64,000 nt of DNA, from positions 31,368-95,367 of IMG/VR virus record IMGVR_UViG_3300025853_000044, one strand, 5' to 3'. The notes under the pieces were generated by a model that saw only the letters and a program-made list of their open reading frames with translations, had not been told where the DNA came from and made no database searches. Position numbers and translations under genes: made by a program. This document shows, one piece after another, positions 36,105 to 45,784 of this stretch. The stretch's first letter is position 1. Every line of letters begins with the position of its first letter. The stretch is from a virus.

Positions 36105-38207
36105 TCAGTATTTAACGATGGTATCTCGTGAAATTACCTTGATGGTCTTTGGCATGATTTTAAGTTGCGATTTGACCATACCTTTGTCTTCGGGGATTTG
36201 CAGTGGTGCCTCAATGATGTAGTAGTCATCAATGATAAGCATCATACGCTCAGTGGTTCCCGAAGTGGTTGTCTTTTCAAAATTGATGCGTATTTGGTTG
36301 GTAGTAGTTCCGTCTTCACTTGAACTGAACTCAGTAGTGGAACGCATTTTGTGGTAAAAGAGCGGGTCATCCACACCAATTTCCATGGTCATCTCGTAGG
36401 AAGTCTGCCCTTCAACCATAAGAGAGGTGTTGCGAGAGCCACCAAATGGAACTTGACTTGTAGCACTGGTTTGACTGTTTTCACCGTTGATAACATGGAA
36501 TGCCTGCATACCTGTTTGGCCAGTGAGGGAGAAATTAAGCACCTGTGCGACTTGCACACCAGCCATGTTGATTGTACCGTTGTAAAACATGAATGGTTTT
36601 TGGGTCTTTGGCCCAATACCGCTTTGAAACCTTTTGATGTCCGTGTTAGCGGTATCATTGAACATACGATGGGAAGCATACCTTGAGGTGCTACCTTCCA
36701 AACGGGCAGTGTCCGTATAGCACAAAGCGGCGTTGAAGTTCACAGCCAAGCGAAGAGCGGCATCGTTGTCGGTCGTGAGGGTAAAGTCGGTGACCTTACA
36801 TCCACGGAACACACGAGTCAACTCTTTGGAGTCTGTTGCAGTACCATCTACTGCTCCATCGTCTGTATCAACATCACGACGGCGTTGCGACACCTCAAGA
36901 GCAAAGGAGGGTTGGTGAGTATGTGTGAAAAGTAAGTGTGTTTGTGCATCTGCAATAACACCAGTGGATGAGACTGTGGGCGGGTTTGTATTGGGAGCAT
37001 CATTAAAGTCAATGAATTGTACAGCCATGTTATCCCCGTGAGGGAAAAGAAGGGGTTCATCCAAGTAAACTTTGGTGCCATCCATACCGATGACACGACG
37101 GACTTCACTACGCAATGCGGTGTCAAAACGAGTGTCCGTAAATGACCCATCCCATTGTAAAGCGGCATCCGATATATCTGCCTCGTGTGTTGTGGTCACA
37201 GGGACATAAGTTGTGTCCACAATGAGTACATAATGGTTAGCGGCCAAATTACCATGGTCGTCAGTGAGAGTGATAAACGACTGTCCTGCTTTTGTTGCAC
37301 CGTCAAGCGTCGTGAAGTGATTTGCTTCGGGGTTTGCCACTGGGTGAGCCAATTCACCACCAAGGCAGTATTTGAGCCAACGAGCAGAGTGCATTGCTAC
37401 TTCAAAAGAGCCACCTTCCGTAATCAGTTTACCGGGCACTTGCACGCTGGTGTCTCGTCCAAGACCAACAACATGGAACCGCTTCAAATCTACCTTGGTT
37501 TCGGGAACGGTAAGAGCGTTAGCGATACCAAGAAACTGGTCAGTCAATACTGATTCTTCCGCTACTCCACCCGTTTTAGACTCATTCATAGTTGTGTCAA
37601 ATGGTGGAGTTTTGTAAGGTAGAATGTGAAGGTCAATAGCGGCGGCACTAAGAGTTGCACCTCCTGTTTTCATTGCTGGTGAAATTTTGAGAGTTCGCCC
37701 ATCGTTCTCCACGATAGTAAAAACACCAGCAGTGTCGTTTGCATCAATAGTTGAGCCAGTATCAGTCCACTTGACTTGAGAACCCACAAGCATGTTTTTT
37801 GGGTAACGAAGTGCATTACTTAAGAAAGTCAATGTAGCACCCGAAACAGCACCACCTGTTGTGGAAGCGGATAATTCAAATTCTGTAGCCGAGGTTATGC
37901 TGGCTACCGTAGAAGAGGCTGGAATACCAGCACCACTTGATGTGACTGTCATCCCTACTCGGATTTGGGTACTGGCATCGGAAGCGTGTGTGATAGTTGG
38001 GTCATCGTTGTAAGCACCGCTTCCAAGAGTAAAAGAAGGTTTGAAGAGTACGGCGTTAGATTGTGCGGAAAATGTGATGGTGGTAAAATCGTTGCCTGCA
38101 ACTGTGGCAATGGTCATGTTTGCATCGGTATTTGCGTTAATTGAAACACCTACTTCGGGAGCGAAAGAAACCTCCGCCAAATCGCCCTTGTACACTGTTG
38201 ATGGCAT
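36105..38207 (-). CDS. Major tail (tube) protein with inserted domains
   Basis: Follows the tail-terminator-like gene; RVFRGCKVTDFTL, PFMFYNG and EGQTSYEMTMEI are tube-like segments; unusually long at 700 aa. Confidence 0.65.
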   Translation of the reverse strand: MPSTVYKGDLAEVSFAPEVGVSINANTDANMTIATVAGNDFTTITFSAQSNAVLFKPSFTLGSGAYNDDPTITHASDASTQIRVGMTVTSSGAGIPASSTVASITSATEFELSASTTGGAVSGATLTFLSNALRYPKNMLVGSQVKWTDTGSTIDANDTAGVFTIVENDGRTLKISPAMKTGGATLSAAAIDLHILPYKTPPFDTTMNESKTGGVAEESVLTDQFLGIANALTVPETKVDLKRFHVVGLGRDTSVQVPGKLITEGGSFEVAMHSARWLKYCLGGELAHPVANPEANHFTTLDGATKAGQSFITLTDDHGNLAANHYVLIVDTTYVPVTTTHEADISDAALQWDGSFTDTRFDTALRSEVRRVIGMDGTKVYLDEPLLFPHGDNMAVQFIDFNDAPNTNPPTVSSTGVIADAQTHLLFTHTHQPSFALEVSQRRRDVDTDDGAVDGTATDSKELTRVFRGCKVTDFTLTTDNDAALRLAVNFNAALCYTDTARLEGSTSRYASHRMFNDTANTDIKRFQSGIGPKTQKPFMFYNGTINMAGVQVAQVLNFSLTGQTGMQAFHVINGENSQTSATSQVPFGGSRNTSLMVEGQTSYEMTMEIGVDDPLFYHKMRSTTEFSSSEDGTTTNQIRINFEKTTTSGTTERMMLIIDDYYIIEAPLQIPEDKGMVKSQLKIMPKTIKVISRDTIVKY
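37824..38033 (-). repeat. Third copy of the inserted module, in the tail tube protein
   Basis: YNDDPTITH...VGMTVTSSGAGIPASSTVASITSATEFELSASTTGGAVSGATLTF. Confidence 0.85.
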
Positions 38208-38217
38208 TCTTGTTCAC

Positions 38218-38670
38218 CTATGGTATCAGTTCCGCTAAAATTACGACTTCAATTTGGAATGTCATACGGAAAAGGAATTTGCTTCGGTCGCTTAAATCGG
38301 TGCGGGTTTTGAACACGAGTCGGTCAAAGTTTGTACCGTCGCCTTTCCTCTTGGTATGTATCACCCTCCGAATTTCATTCTCAAGAGCCTGTAAATGCTT
38401 ACGCCCCTTAACTGTACGGACATCAACCGTGATATTTATGCGTGTCGTTACAAAGTCGTAAAACAGTTCGGGTGCTTCTTCGTTGTGGGCTGTTTCATAC
38501 AGCAGGACATAATCGTGTTTGTCCAAGTCAAGACGCTTTCCTTTCTCGGCTGATGTATCAGCGATGTCAAGCACGACAGGGCGGTAGTTGCTGGTGTTTC
38601 CACGGTTCCAATCGGACTGAAAGAGGTTGATGAGAGCGTCCAGCCCTTCTGTCCATGTGGCTACCATCAC
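38218..38670 (-). CDS. Putative tail terminator/completion protein
   Basis: 150 aa directly upstream of the tube gene; NITVDVRT...FRMTFQIEV. Confidence 0.55.
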   Translation of the reverse strand: MMVATWTEGLDALINLFQSDWNRGNTSNYRPVVLDIADTSAEKGKRLDLDKHDYVLLYETAHNEEAPELFYDFVTTRINITVDVRTVKGRKHLQALENEIRRVIHTKRKGDGTNFDRLVFKTRTDLSDRSKFLFRMTFQIEVVILAELIP

Positions 38671-39035
38671 AGCCCCTCCTTCTCAATGATTTTCTTAAAG
38701 TCAATAGGGATGATAAAACCGTTGTCATGACGCATGTTGTACCGCTCAAGGTCGGGGTTTTGGCGTAGCATGGCCTTGTCCGTAGCGTCTTGAATGAGTT
38801 TGTGTTCTATCTCACTGGCTGGCTCTCCGGTCTTGTTGTTGATAGCCACACCGTCTTGCATGGCGAAGCCCTTAGCACCAGCCTCAATGCGCTCCATTTG
38901 CTCACGAAAAGCGGCAGGTTGAGTTGTGAATTGCTCACGAAACTGCGCCTGCATTTGCTTGTCTTTCTTGAATATCTCTTCAATCATACGCTGATGAATT
39001 GTTTCACCCTGCTTGTTGAAGTCACGCTGATTCAC
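38667..39035 (-). CDS. Hypothetical protein, neck region
   Basis: Coupled by GTGA overlaps on both sides. Confidence 0.55.
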   Translation of the reverse strand: MNQRDFNKQGETIHQRMIEEIFKKDKQMQAQFREQFTTQPAAFREQMERIEAGAKGFAMQDGVAINNKTGEPASEIEHKLIQDATDKAMLRQNPDLERYNMRHDNGFIIPIDFKKIIEKEGL

Positions 39036-40633
39036 TCAAACACCACCATCTCAATGTACTTTGGTAGTGTTCGCTCAATCTCGGCTTGGTACAGTTGTAC
39101 CTTGCTGGCGAGGTCAATGTTCTGTGTGCCTTCGGGAATCAGCACGCTACGGTCGTCAGCCATCAGCAATTCAATGGCCACCATCTTCGTACAGATGTCC
39201 TCAATGGCTTTCTCCACATACCGCTCACCGTAGATGTAGGCTACCTTGATGGCGTTCCACTCAAAGAACGGATAGGAGTTGTTGAAGTAAACGATACCCA
39301 TTTCATGGTCAATCCACCAGTCTCGCAAACGACCTACATCGCCGCTACCACTGCCACCTTGCAAATCCACAAGGAAGGATTTCTGTGTAATCGTACCAGT
39401 GATTGCACCCAAACTACCAGTGACAGCCACGCATCCTGTAAAAGAGGTAGCCGTTTTTCCTGTGTACCGGAATACATCACCACTTGCATCTATGGCTACA
39501 CCAGCGTTCACAAAACCTGTGGTGGAGACTACATTGATGGTGGTACTATCAAGGCTTGAGAATGTCGTGCTGTTGTTTTGTACTTGGTCAAGTTCAATGT
39601 CGCTTGATGTGGTGACAATGCTACACACCTCACCAGCCTTGACAGGACGCATGGAAGTGACTTTCACCACTCCCGTACCATAGTCGCTGTTGGCTGATGC
39701 CAAGAACTCGTTGTGAACCGCTACGGCGTTTGTGCTACCCTCCAAGGTAAATGTGGTGGTTGCATCAGTTGGAGTAAAGAGAAAGTTCACAGCCGTCTTG
39801 TCCACCCTGTCCTCTTTGTTGATGAGGTCAGCGAGGTTTTGGGCTACGGTGGTAGCGTCAAAATCGTCACGCCACTGGCCCGTGCCTGTGCCTTGAGCGA
39901 GTGTTGCTACACTGCCGTTGCCGGGTGATAGGTAGATGGCGGCTGATGAAAGGCTTGACACATCGTTGAACTTGATGCGTGCCTCAGCCCCGCAAATCTC
40001 ACGGTAGTCATCACCTTGCCACAATTCTATGCGTAGCATTTGCTGGACATTGCGGAATAGAAGGGGACTGGTACCGACATAATCCGTATAATAACGGCGG
40101 CGATATGGCTTGTAAGTGTCAAAGTTGATGTATTCAGCCGACACCAAATACGGTCGCCATGCGTTGCGTGTCATGTTGTCAATACGGTCTTGCATTTTAA
40201 GAATAACATGCTCCACTTTTGCCTTGGTCACGCCACGAACACGCCCGTTGGTGAACGAGGCTTTGTTCTGCACATACCCGTTGTCAGCCACTTGATAGTC
40301 CGATGCTGTCAGCGTTGCTCCACTAAAGGTGATTTTGACATGTCCAGCCTTGCTACTCGTGCCTTTACCGATGGCAGTGATGGTCAACTCCTCTTCACCC
40401 AGTGGGTCAGCATCACTGTACACACGGATTTTGTCGCCTACGCTAAAGCCTACTTGACGGTACTCGTTGCCTGTGACATATACTGCGTCCGTGTCAGCGT
40501 CAGCACTCATGAGGATAGCGTCTTGTGGGCCGATGTCCAGTAGGTCAGCGACTTGTTGAGCGGTGCAGTACACAACAGCAGTGGGGTCAAGAGGCCGGGT
40601 TTCCGGCTCACCGGGACTGAACACTACTGGCAC
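39032..40633 (-). CDS. Head-tail adaptor-like protein with inserted beta domains
   Basis: N-terminal YCTAQQVADLL and C-terminal YIYG...IEDICTKMVAIELL, like gp6/gp15-type adaptors. Confidence 0.6.
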   Translation of the reverse strand: MPVVFSPGEPETRPLDPTAVVYCTAQQVADLLDIGPQDAILMSADADTDAVYVTGNEYRQVGFSVGDKIRVYSDADPLGEEELTITAIGKGTSSKAGHVKITFSGATLTASDYQVADNGYVQNKASFTNGRVRGVTKAKVEHVILKMQDRIDNMTRNAWRPYLVSAEYINFDTYKPYRRRYYTDYVGTSPLLFRNVQQMLRIELWQGDDYREICGAEARIKFNDVSSLSSAAIYLSPGNGSVATLAQGTGTGQWRDDFDATTVAQNLADLINKEDRVDKTAVNFLFTPTDATTTFTLEGSTNAVAVHNEFLASANSDYGTGVVKVTSMRPVKAGEVCSIVTTSSDIELDQVQNNSTTFSSLDSTTINVVSTTGFVNAGVAIDASGDVFRYTGKTATSFTGCVAVTGSLGAITGTITQKSFLVDLQGGSGSGDVGRLRDWWIDHEMGIVYFNNSYPFFEWNAIKVAYIYGERYVEKAIEDICTKMVAIELLMADDRSVLIPEGTQNIDLASKVQLYQAEIERTLPKYIEMVVFE

Positions 40634-40646
40634 TCATATTCCTCCC

Positions 40647-41327
40647 TCAAGACTTCATAGCACAATCGGTACACATACCCATTTCATGAATGAATAACAA
40701 ATCGTCTTCATCTTCCCGATAAATACCTTTGCGGCATCTTGGACAATGTGTATAGTATTCTTGCCCCTGCCAATCATACGGGTCATTTTTCAACACACTC
40801 CAAGCATCACGAATAGCGACATCACGAGAAGTCATGATACGACGGAGGTGTTCAGCCTCAGCATCGGGGTTGAACTCTTCTTCGGGCGATTTACCTGCTT
40901 GCCATCGTTGCACTTTTGGGTCGCCATCATCCACTTTAGGGTCATCCGGTATATCATCACGGAGTTTACCTTGCTCATCAAAAATGTCGGGTATTTCGGG
41001 CTTTTCCGGGGCAAACTCTTGGTCAACAGCGGCTTGCTCGCCCTCAACATCGGGTTCACTCAACGACTCTTCCAAGGTTTGACCCTCAAAGGGCACACGC
41101 TCGCCCATGAACTTGAGTCCATGCTCGTCGGGATTGGCTACAGCCTCACGCATGAGAGCGTCACGAGCCTGTGTGAATTGTTCACCACCGGCCTCTCCGC
41201 CAGCACCACGAAGAGCGGCTGATGCTGTTTTGTTTGCCCACTGTTGCAGGCGCATCTCTTGTCCGTCTTCAGTCAACACCTTTTGTCGGTGCGGTCGCAT
41301 TGCTTTGATAAGTACCTTCATGTTCAC
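40647..41327 (-). CDS. Acidic protein with AWSVLK tag followed by a Zn finger
   Basis: IRDAWSVLKNDP...CPRC...CTDC. Confidence 0.65.
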   Translation of the reverse strand: MNMKVLIKAMRPHRQKVLTEDGQEMRLQQWANKTASAALRGAGGEAGGEQFTQARDALMREAVANPDEHGLKFMGERVPFEGQTLEESLSEPDVEGEQAAVDQEFAPEKPEIPDIFDEQGKLRDDIPDDPKVDDGDPKVQRWQAGKSPEEEFNPDAEAEHLRRIMTSRDVAIRDAWSVLKNDPYDWQGQEYYTHCPRCRKGIYREDEDDLLFIHEMGMCTDCAMKS

Positions 41328-41623
41328 AGCCTCTTCTTTTCATCACGGTGCGCTAAGTTGTATTCCATTGGTTTACCGCAAGTAGCACATGTGGCTCTCC
41401 ATAAGAAATGAAGAAATCCACAATGTACACAGCGTGTACCCGAACCAATGTTAAGGATGTCTCCTATTTCTTGATTACGGTTGCGCTGAGATTGAGTCAC
41501 ACCTGCAAGTGGGTGGTCTGTGTTGGATACGACCTCACTACCGTATTGATAGTCGGCTTTGCGACCTTGCTTACCAGCACGGTTAATGTCGCTCAAGTCT
41601 ATGTTTCGGACATCAAACCCCAT
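41324..41623 (-). CDS. Zn-ribbon protein
   Basis: CVHCG...CATCG. Confidence 0.7.
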   Translation of the reverse strand: MGFDVRNIDLSDINRAGKQGRKADYQYGSEVVSNTDHPLAGVTQSQRNRNQEIGDILNIGSGTRCVHCGFLHFLWRATCATCGKPMEYNLAHRDEKKRL

Positions 41624-41638
41624 GCTAACCCCTCAACA

Positions 41639-41842
41639 TCATGCGAGTTGATAGGTCACCATGACGAAAAAATTGCCTAAAACAGGGAAGACCTCAGTAT
41701 CAATCACCGAACTGGTGCTATTCGCATCAGCAATCGCTTGGATGTCTGCTTGAATAGCCGCTTGAAGGGTACCTGTGGCACTGAACTCCTTTGGGGAGAA
41801 CGGGCCAAAGACCTTCACGCCAATCTTAGTCAGTGCCGCCAC
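41639..41842 (-). CDS. Small hypothetical virion protein
   Basis: GAGGTGA SD before GTG; colinear with the late module. Confidence 0.6.
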   Translation of the reverse strand: MAALTKIGVKVFGPFSPKEFSATGTLQAAIQADIQAIADANSTSSVIDTEVFPVLGNFFVMVTYQLA

Positions 41843-41853
41843 GAGGAATCACC

Positions 41854-42393
41854 TCATCTCTTTCCAAGAATCCACCAGCGTCCATCGGATGTTGATGTAG
41901 TAGCGGTTGCGCTCACTTTACCAACTTCAAACAACACCAAGTTGTTGGTTTCATCAACAGAAACATCAACACCAACCGATTTAAGAGTGATTGATGGCTT
42001 GTGGCCACCAAGAACTGCTATTTCAGTGTCATCCAAAAGCGGTTGCTCAGTGCCCCCACCAACGGTAATGCTCGTATCGCTACCGATTGCGGTTAGAACA
42101 CCAATTTTAAAACCTGTATCAGCAGCGTAAAGCGTCTGTCCGACTGTAAGTGCCGCTCGTGCGGCAACAGTATCTACAGTCATTGCGCCTGTTTCTCCGG
42201 GGTTGTACCCCGGCCCGTTGTTAATGAGAACACCAGTTCCAGTCACACTGGTCAAATGTCCACCTGCCGCAAAGACTTCGGTGAGTTGGTCAGTAAAATC
42301 GTACTGCGTACCACCATCAGTAAATGTGCCTGTAATCAACACCATGTCGCCAAGAACATGGAGCCTTGAGTCGTCTGTATTTCCGTATGCCAT
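41854..42393 (-). CDS. Putative capsid-associated beta-rich protein
   Basis: GAGGTGA SD; Gly/Thr-rich; downstream of the capsid gene. Confidence 0.55.
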   Translation of the reverse strand: MAYGNTDDSRLHVLGDMVLITGTFTDGGTQYDFTDQLTEVFAAGGHLTSVTGTGVLINNGPGYNPGETGAMTVDTVAARAALTVGQTLYAADTGFKIGVLTAIGSDTSITVGGGTEQPLLDDTEIAVLGGHKPSITLKSVGVDVSVDETNNLVLFEVGKVSATATTSTSDGRWWILGKR

Positions 42394-42404
42394 ATTTTTT
42401 CACC

Positions 42405-42728
42405 TCATTCTGTGGGATTCAAATGCCCTTCTACAAGAGCGAGAGCGGCGGTTTTCGTAAGATACCCGCTACCCTTGCTAACTCCGTTGTCGGTCAACCA
42501 CTTAAGGATGTCCTTTCGTGACCAACCTTCATCGGGGATGCCGTCATCGCCACCATCAACGGTGACTCCTTCATCTCCTTCAATGGAGAAATGTTTAGCG
42601 GGTAGCGTATGTCGCCATTCGTTTAACCACTCTTGCGTGACCTCTACTGTATCACCACGAATCCAAGAGGTAGGCGTATCACGCCTACGCCTCTCAAAGA
42701 AGGGGCCAGTGTAAGTCACATTGGGCAT
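42405..42728 (-). CDS. Small protein with a C-terminal HeH/LEM-like motif
   Basis: PDEGWSRKDILKWLTDNGV...TKTAALALV. Confidence 0.55.
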   Translation of the reverse strand: MPNVTYTGPFFERRRRDTPTSWIRGDTVEVTQEWLNEWRHTLPAKHFSIEGDEGVTVDGGDDGIPDEGWSRKDILKWLTDNGVSKGSGYLTKTAALALVEGHLNPTE

Positions 42729-42738
42729 TCAATCACAC

Positions 42739-43203
42739 TCAGTTAAGCATCATTACGGTTACCGTTCCAGCACCGCCAGCCTCGCCGTGAAGGACGATTG
42801 CTGGAAGGAGCGCACCAGTCTTTGCGGCAGGTGCGGCACCAGTGTTGGTGAAAGTTGCAGATAGAGTCTTGTCGGCCACTGCGAAAGTAGTACCGAGCAC
42901 ACCGATAATCTTTGATGCACCTGCGGTAATAACCAGCACTTGCTCATTGGCATCCGCCAAGGTAAAACCAATGGTCACCATTCGCATACTGCCCACTGCG
43001 TTCCCGTCAGTGTTTTGAGCGGTGAAACCAGTAAGGGTGCCGGGGTATGAACCACCAGCGTTACCGTCCAACCAACCCGTTTCATCAACAGGGGTACCAG
43101 TTCGCATATCCAAGTCCAAAAGAACTGATACAGTTCCAGTGGAGAAATCACCATCGTCAAATGAAATCGTCAAGCCTTTTTGTGTCTTCGTTTCTGTCGT
43201 CAT
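42739..43203 (-). CDS. Putative capsid decoration protein
   Basis: Immediately downstream of the major capsid gene; 154 aa, beta-rich. Confidence 0.5.
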   Translation of the reverse strand: MTTETKTQKGLTISFDDGDFSTGTVSVLLDLDMRTGTPVDETGWLDGNAGGSYPGTLTGFTAQNTDGNAVGSMRMVTIGFTLADANEQVLVITAGASKIIGVLGTTFAVADKTLSATFTNTGAAPAAKTGALLPAIVLHGEAGGAGTVTVMMLN

Positions 43204-43237
43204 AATTTACACATCCATGTTTTTTTGTTTTCAACCC

Positions 43238-44338
43238 TCACTTGAGGTCACGGATTGAGCCGTGTCCACCGAAGAAAGTCGTCCATAGTTCTCCCATGGT
43301 GCGGTACATTCCTTCTTGTCCGAGGCGGTTGATAGCGAATGGGTCGCCAGTTTCAATACCGCTCTCAAAGTATTGGGTTGGAATTGCAGTGCTGAAGTAC
43401 AAGTAATCCGTGTCAAGGAAGTACATACGGCTCAAAGTGTCCGTTTGAATGTCCTTGGATGGGATGATTGGGACACCGTTGTAGGTGGCCACAATGAAAC
43501 CTGCTTCAATACCGGGAACACCTTTCACACCGTTGTAGGTAGGGGTGACACGCTTCTCTTCCATAAACCGCTGTTGGCTTTGGAGGAGTTGTTGTAGGCG
43601 CATCAAGGTGTCGTATCCAGTAAGAATAACCTTGGGGTTTCCACCACGAGTCCAAATCTTTTGGAACAGGTCATCCAACTGGTCAAGGGACAAGTTGCGG
43701 TCAGTACCACTGTTTTCATTGTGCTCAGCGAGCGACCACGAGTTTGCACTGCGGTCAATGGAGTACATGTCTTCAGTTGAACCTGCGGAAGCACCAACGG
43801 TCACACGGTCAAGGGATTCAAAGTCGTTCCCTGCAACGGTGGCTTTGTCGGTCGTAAGCATCTTGTTCACATGCTCAGCGTGGTGCTTACCCATTTCTTC
43901 CTTGAGAATTGCACGAATGTCGCCCAATCCATCGTCCTTGTCGGACAGGAACATTGCGGTTTCGCTCATGTCAAAGGTGTGAACCACAGTCTTTGGCTTG
44001 GCGGCAATGTGCTGGAAGGTTGGTTTGGTGGTGTCGGGGAGCGTAGCGTTTTCTGCAACACCGCCGCCAACCGTGAAGGAAGGACGCTCGGTGATGACTC
44101 GCCAACCACTGCGTTCCCAAGGTCGCTTGGGAAGGATGGAGAAGGCGTTGAACTCTTGGTTCAACTGGCTCCAAACCTTGCGTCCATAGATGGCTTGGTA
44201 AGTACCAGCCGTGGTGGACAGCATTGGAGCGTCAGCCTTGAGCAACTCGCTACCGGAGTAGGAGTATCCCATTGCGTTGCCTGCGCCGTAGTAGTATCGT
44301 TCCATGTCAGTAATGTTTCGGATGTAGTCTCTTGCCAT
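43238..44338 (-). CDS. Major capsid protein (HK97 fold)
   Basis: Follows protease/scaffold; GGGVAENATLP, DFESLDRV, YNGVPIIP...MYFLDTDYL; GAGGTGA SD. Confidence 0.85.
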   Translation of the reverse strand: MARDYIRNITDMERYYYGAGNAMGYSYSGSELLKADAPMLSTTAGTYQAIYGRKVWSQLNQEFNAFSILPKRPWERSGWRVITERPSFTVGGGVAENATLPDTTKPTFQHIAAKPKTVVHTFDMSETAMFLSDKDDGLGDIRAILKEEMGKHHAEHVNKMLTTDKATVAGNDFESLDRVTVGASAGSTEDMYSIDRSANSWSLAEHNENSGTDRNLSLDQLDDLFQKIWTRGGNPKVILTGYDTLMRLQQLLQSQQRFMEEKRVTPTYNGVKGVPGIEAGFIVATYNGVPIIPSKDIQTDTLSRMYFLDTDYLYFSTAIPTQYFESGIETGDPFAINRLGQEGMYRTMGELWTTFFGGHGSIRDLK

Positions 44339-44365
44339 ATCATTTCACCTCATTTATTTGTGTGT

Positions 44366-45745
44366 TCATTCCCCTCGCAGGGTGCGATGTGCAAGGGCGT
44401 GAACTTCGTCCCACCCCATGTTCGCCATGTCTTGCGTTGAGGGAATGTCAATGGATGCAACCGACTTTTGAATGGTCGTGCCTGCTCCTGCACCGATGTT
44501 GTCAATGCGCTCGGAAAGAGCCTCAATGGACTTCACGATTTCCGTAAGTGGTGCTCGTGCGTCAAAGGCGGCTTTATCAGCCTCGGATTTAGCAACTTCC
44601 ATCTCGTTGTTGAAGCGAGCGGCAAAGTTGCCTTCAAGGTTGTTTCGGAAGTCTTGTTCCAAAGCGGCGGCTTTGTAAACTTCGTAAGCGGCTTCAAGGT
44701 CTGCATCACTCACATTTTCGGAGTTGAGGTAGCCCTTGGACAATGAGGCTGGCCCCATTGCTCCGGCAGGAGTTTTACCACCGGAAGCGGTGATAGCGTT
44801 GATTGCACCAGTGGAGGGAGAACCGTTCTCCTGTCCTCGGCCACGGACTTGACCACCGAAGTAGTCAGCACCGTCAACAGCGTCGGGGTTGTCAAAGCCA
44901 CCAAGTTGGGCTTTCTCAAGTTGGTCAAAGTGGAGGCGAGCACCATCAGTGTCAACGCCAGCCGACTTGAGGGTGTTTTCCATCCAAGAAAGGTATTCGG
45001 AGGAAATAACATCGGAGTATTCTCCTTTGTCCATGTACATCTTGTCATCGTCTTTCTTTTCGTCTTTCATTTCGTCACCTTCTTCTTTTTCGGGCTTTTT
45101 TTCTTCATCACTACCCTTACCCTTCATGTGTTCACGGAGTTGAGGAGGTAGTTCTCCCTTTTCCATGGCATCCAGTCGGCTTTCAAGTCGTGACATAATT
45201 TCTGTCAAATCACTGTTTTCGTTTGTCATAGTGTTGTCCTCCTTCAAAATGCGGAACTGTGCTTCGGGGTTGATACCCTTTTCACAAATCGTCACCTCAT
45301 GCAACTCCATTTTTGAAATCTCTTGGTAGTCGCCTTTTTCCATGTCGGACTTTCGCACTCGCTTGAATGCTTGCCCTCCAATAGAAAATCCACGAAGGTT
45401 GCCCTTGCGGATTTCAGCGGCTACTTCACGAGCCTTCTCTATATCGTTGCGGAGTTTAACAACAACGAACAGCCCTGTGTCATCCGTTTCGGATTTCCAC
45501 ATGCGTCCGTTGGAATCAATGTACGAGTCAATGACTTCGCCAACTTGAATGTTGGAGTGAGCCAACTGTACATTGCGGTACTTTTCACCCTTCATGAAGC
45601 CATCAAAGGCATCCTTTAGGGCGGAGCGAGTAATGAGGTCGCCTTGCTTATCTACAAGTTCAACTGATGCGTAGCCAGCAACAACCAAATCGTTACCACT
45701 CTTGAGGAGAGTGATACCGTCAGTAGGTCGTTGAATGCTCAGCAT
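44366..45745 (-). CDS. Prohead maturation protease fused to scaffold
   Basis: VAGYASVELVDKQGD, LAHSN, LRGFSIGG, LHEVTIC...NPEA (HK97 gp4-type His/Ser protease), followed by an acidic coiled-coil scaffold. Confidence 0.9.
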   Translation of the reverse strand: MLSIQRPTDGITLLKSGNDLVVAGYASVELVDKQGDLITRSALKDAFDGFMKGEKYRNVQLAHSNIQVGEVIDSYIDSNGRMWKSETDDTGLFVVVKLRNDIEKAREVAAEIRKGNLRGFSIGGQAFKRVRKSDMEKGDYQEISKMELHEVTICEKGINPEAQFRILKEDNTMTNENSDLTEIMSRLESRLDAMEKGELPPQLREHMKGKGSDEEKKPEKEEGDEMKDEKKDDDKMYMDKGEYSDVISSEYLSWMENTLKSAGVDTDGARLHFDQLEKAQLGGFDNPDAVDGADYFGGQVRGRGQENGSPSTGAINAITASGGKTPAGAMGPASLSKGYLNSENVSDADLEAAYEVYKAAALEQDFRNNLEGNFAARFNNEMEVAKSEADKAAFDARAPLTEIVKSIEALSERIDNIGAGAGTTIQKSVASIDIPSTQDMANMGWDEVHALAHRTLRGE

Positions 45746-45767
45746 TGAACTTCCGACTCCCTGTTAT

Positions 45768-45776
45768 GGTATAAGA
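45768..45776 (-). promoter_or_regulatory. Candidate TATA box for the protease-capsid operon
   Basis: TCTTATACC on the - strand about 25 nt upstream of ATG 45745, in the 39-nt gap. Confidence 0.4.
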
Positions 45777-45784
45777 ATGGTTCG

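Noticed and set aside
36105-38207. Contractile tail sheath
   Set aside because: No sheath motifs recognised; gene order (terminator, tube, chaperones, tape measure) fits a tube protein enlarged by inserts.
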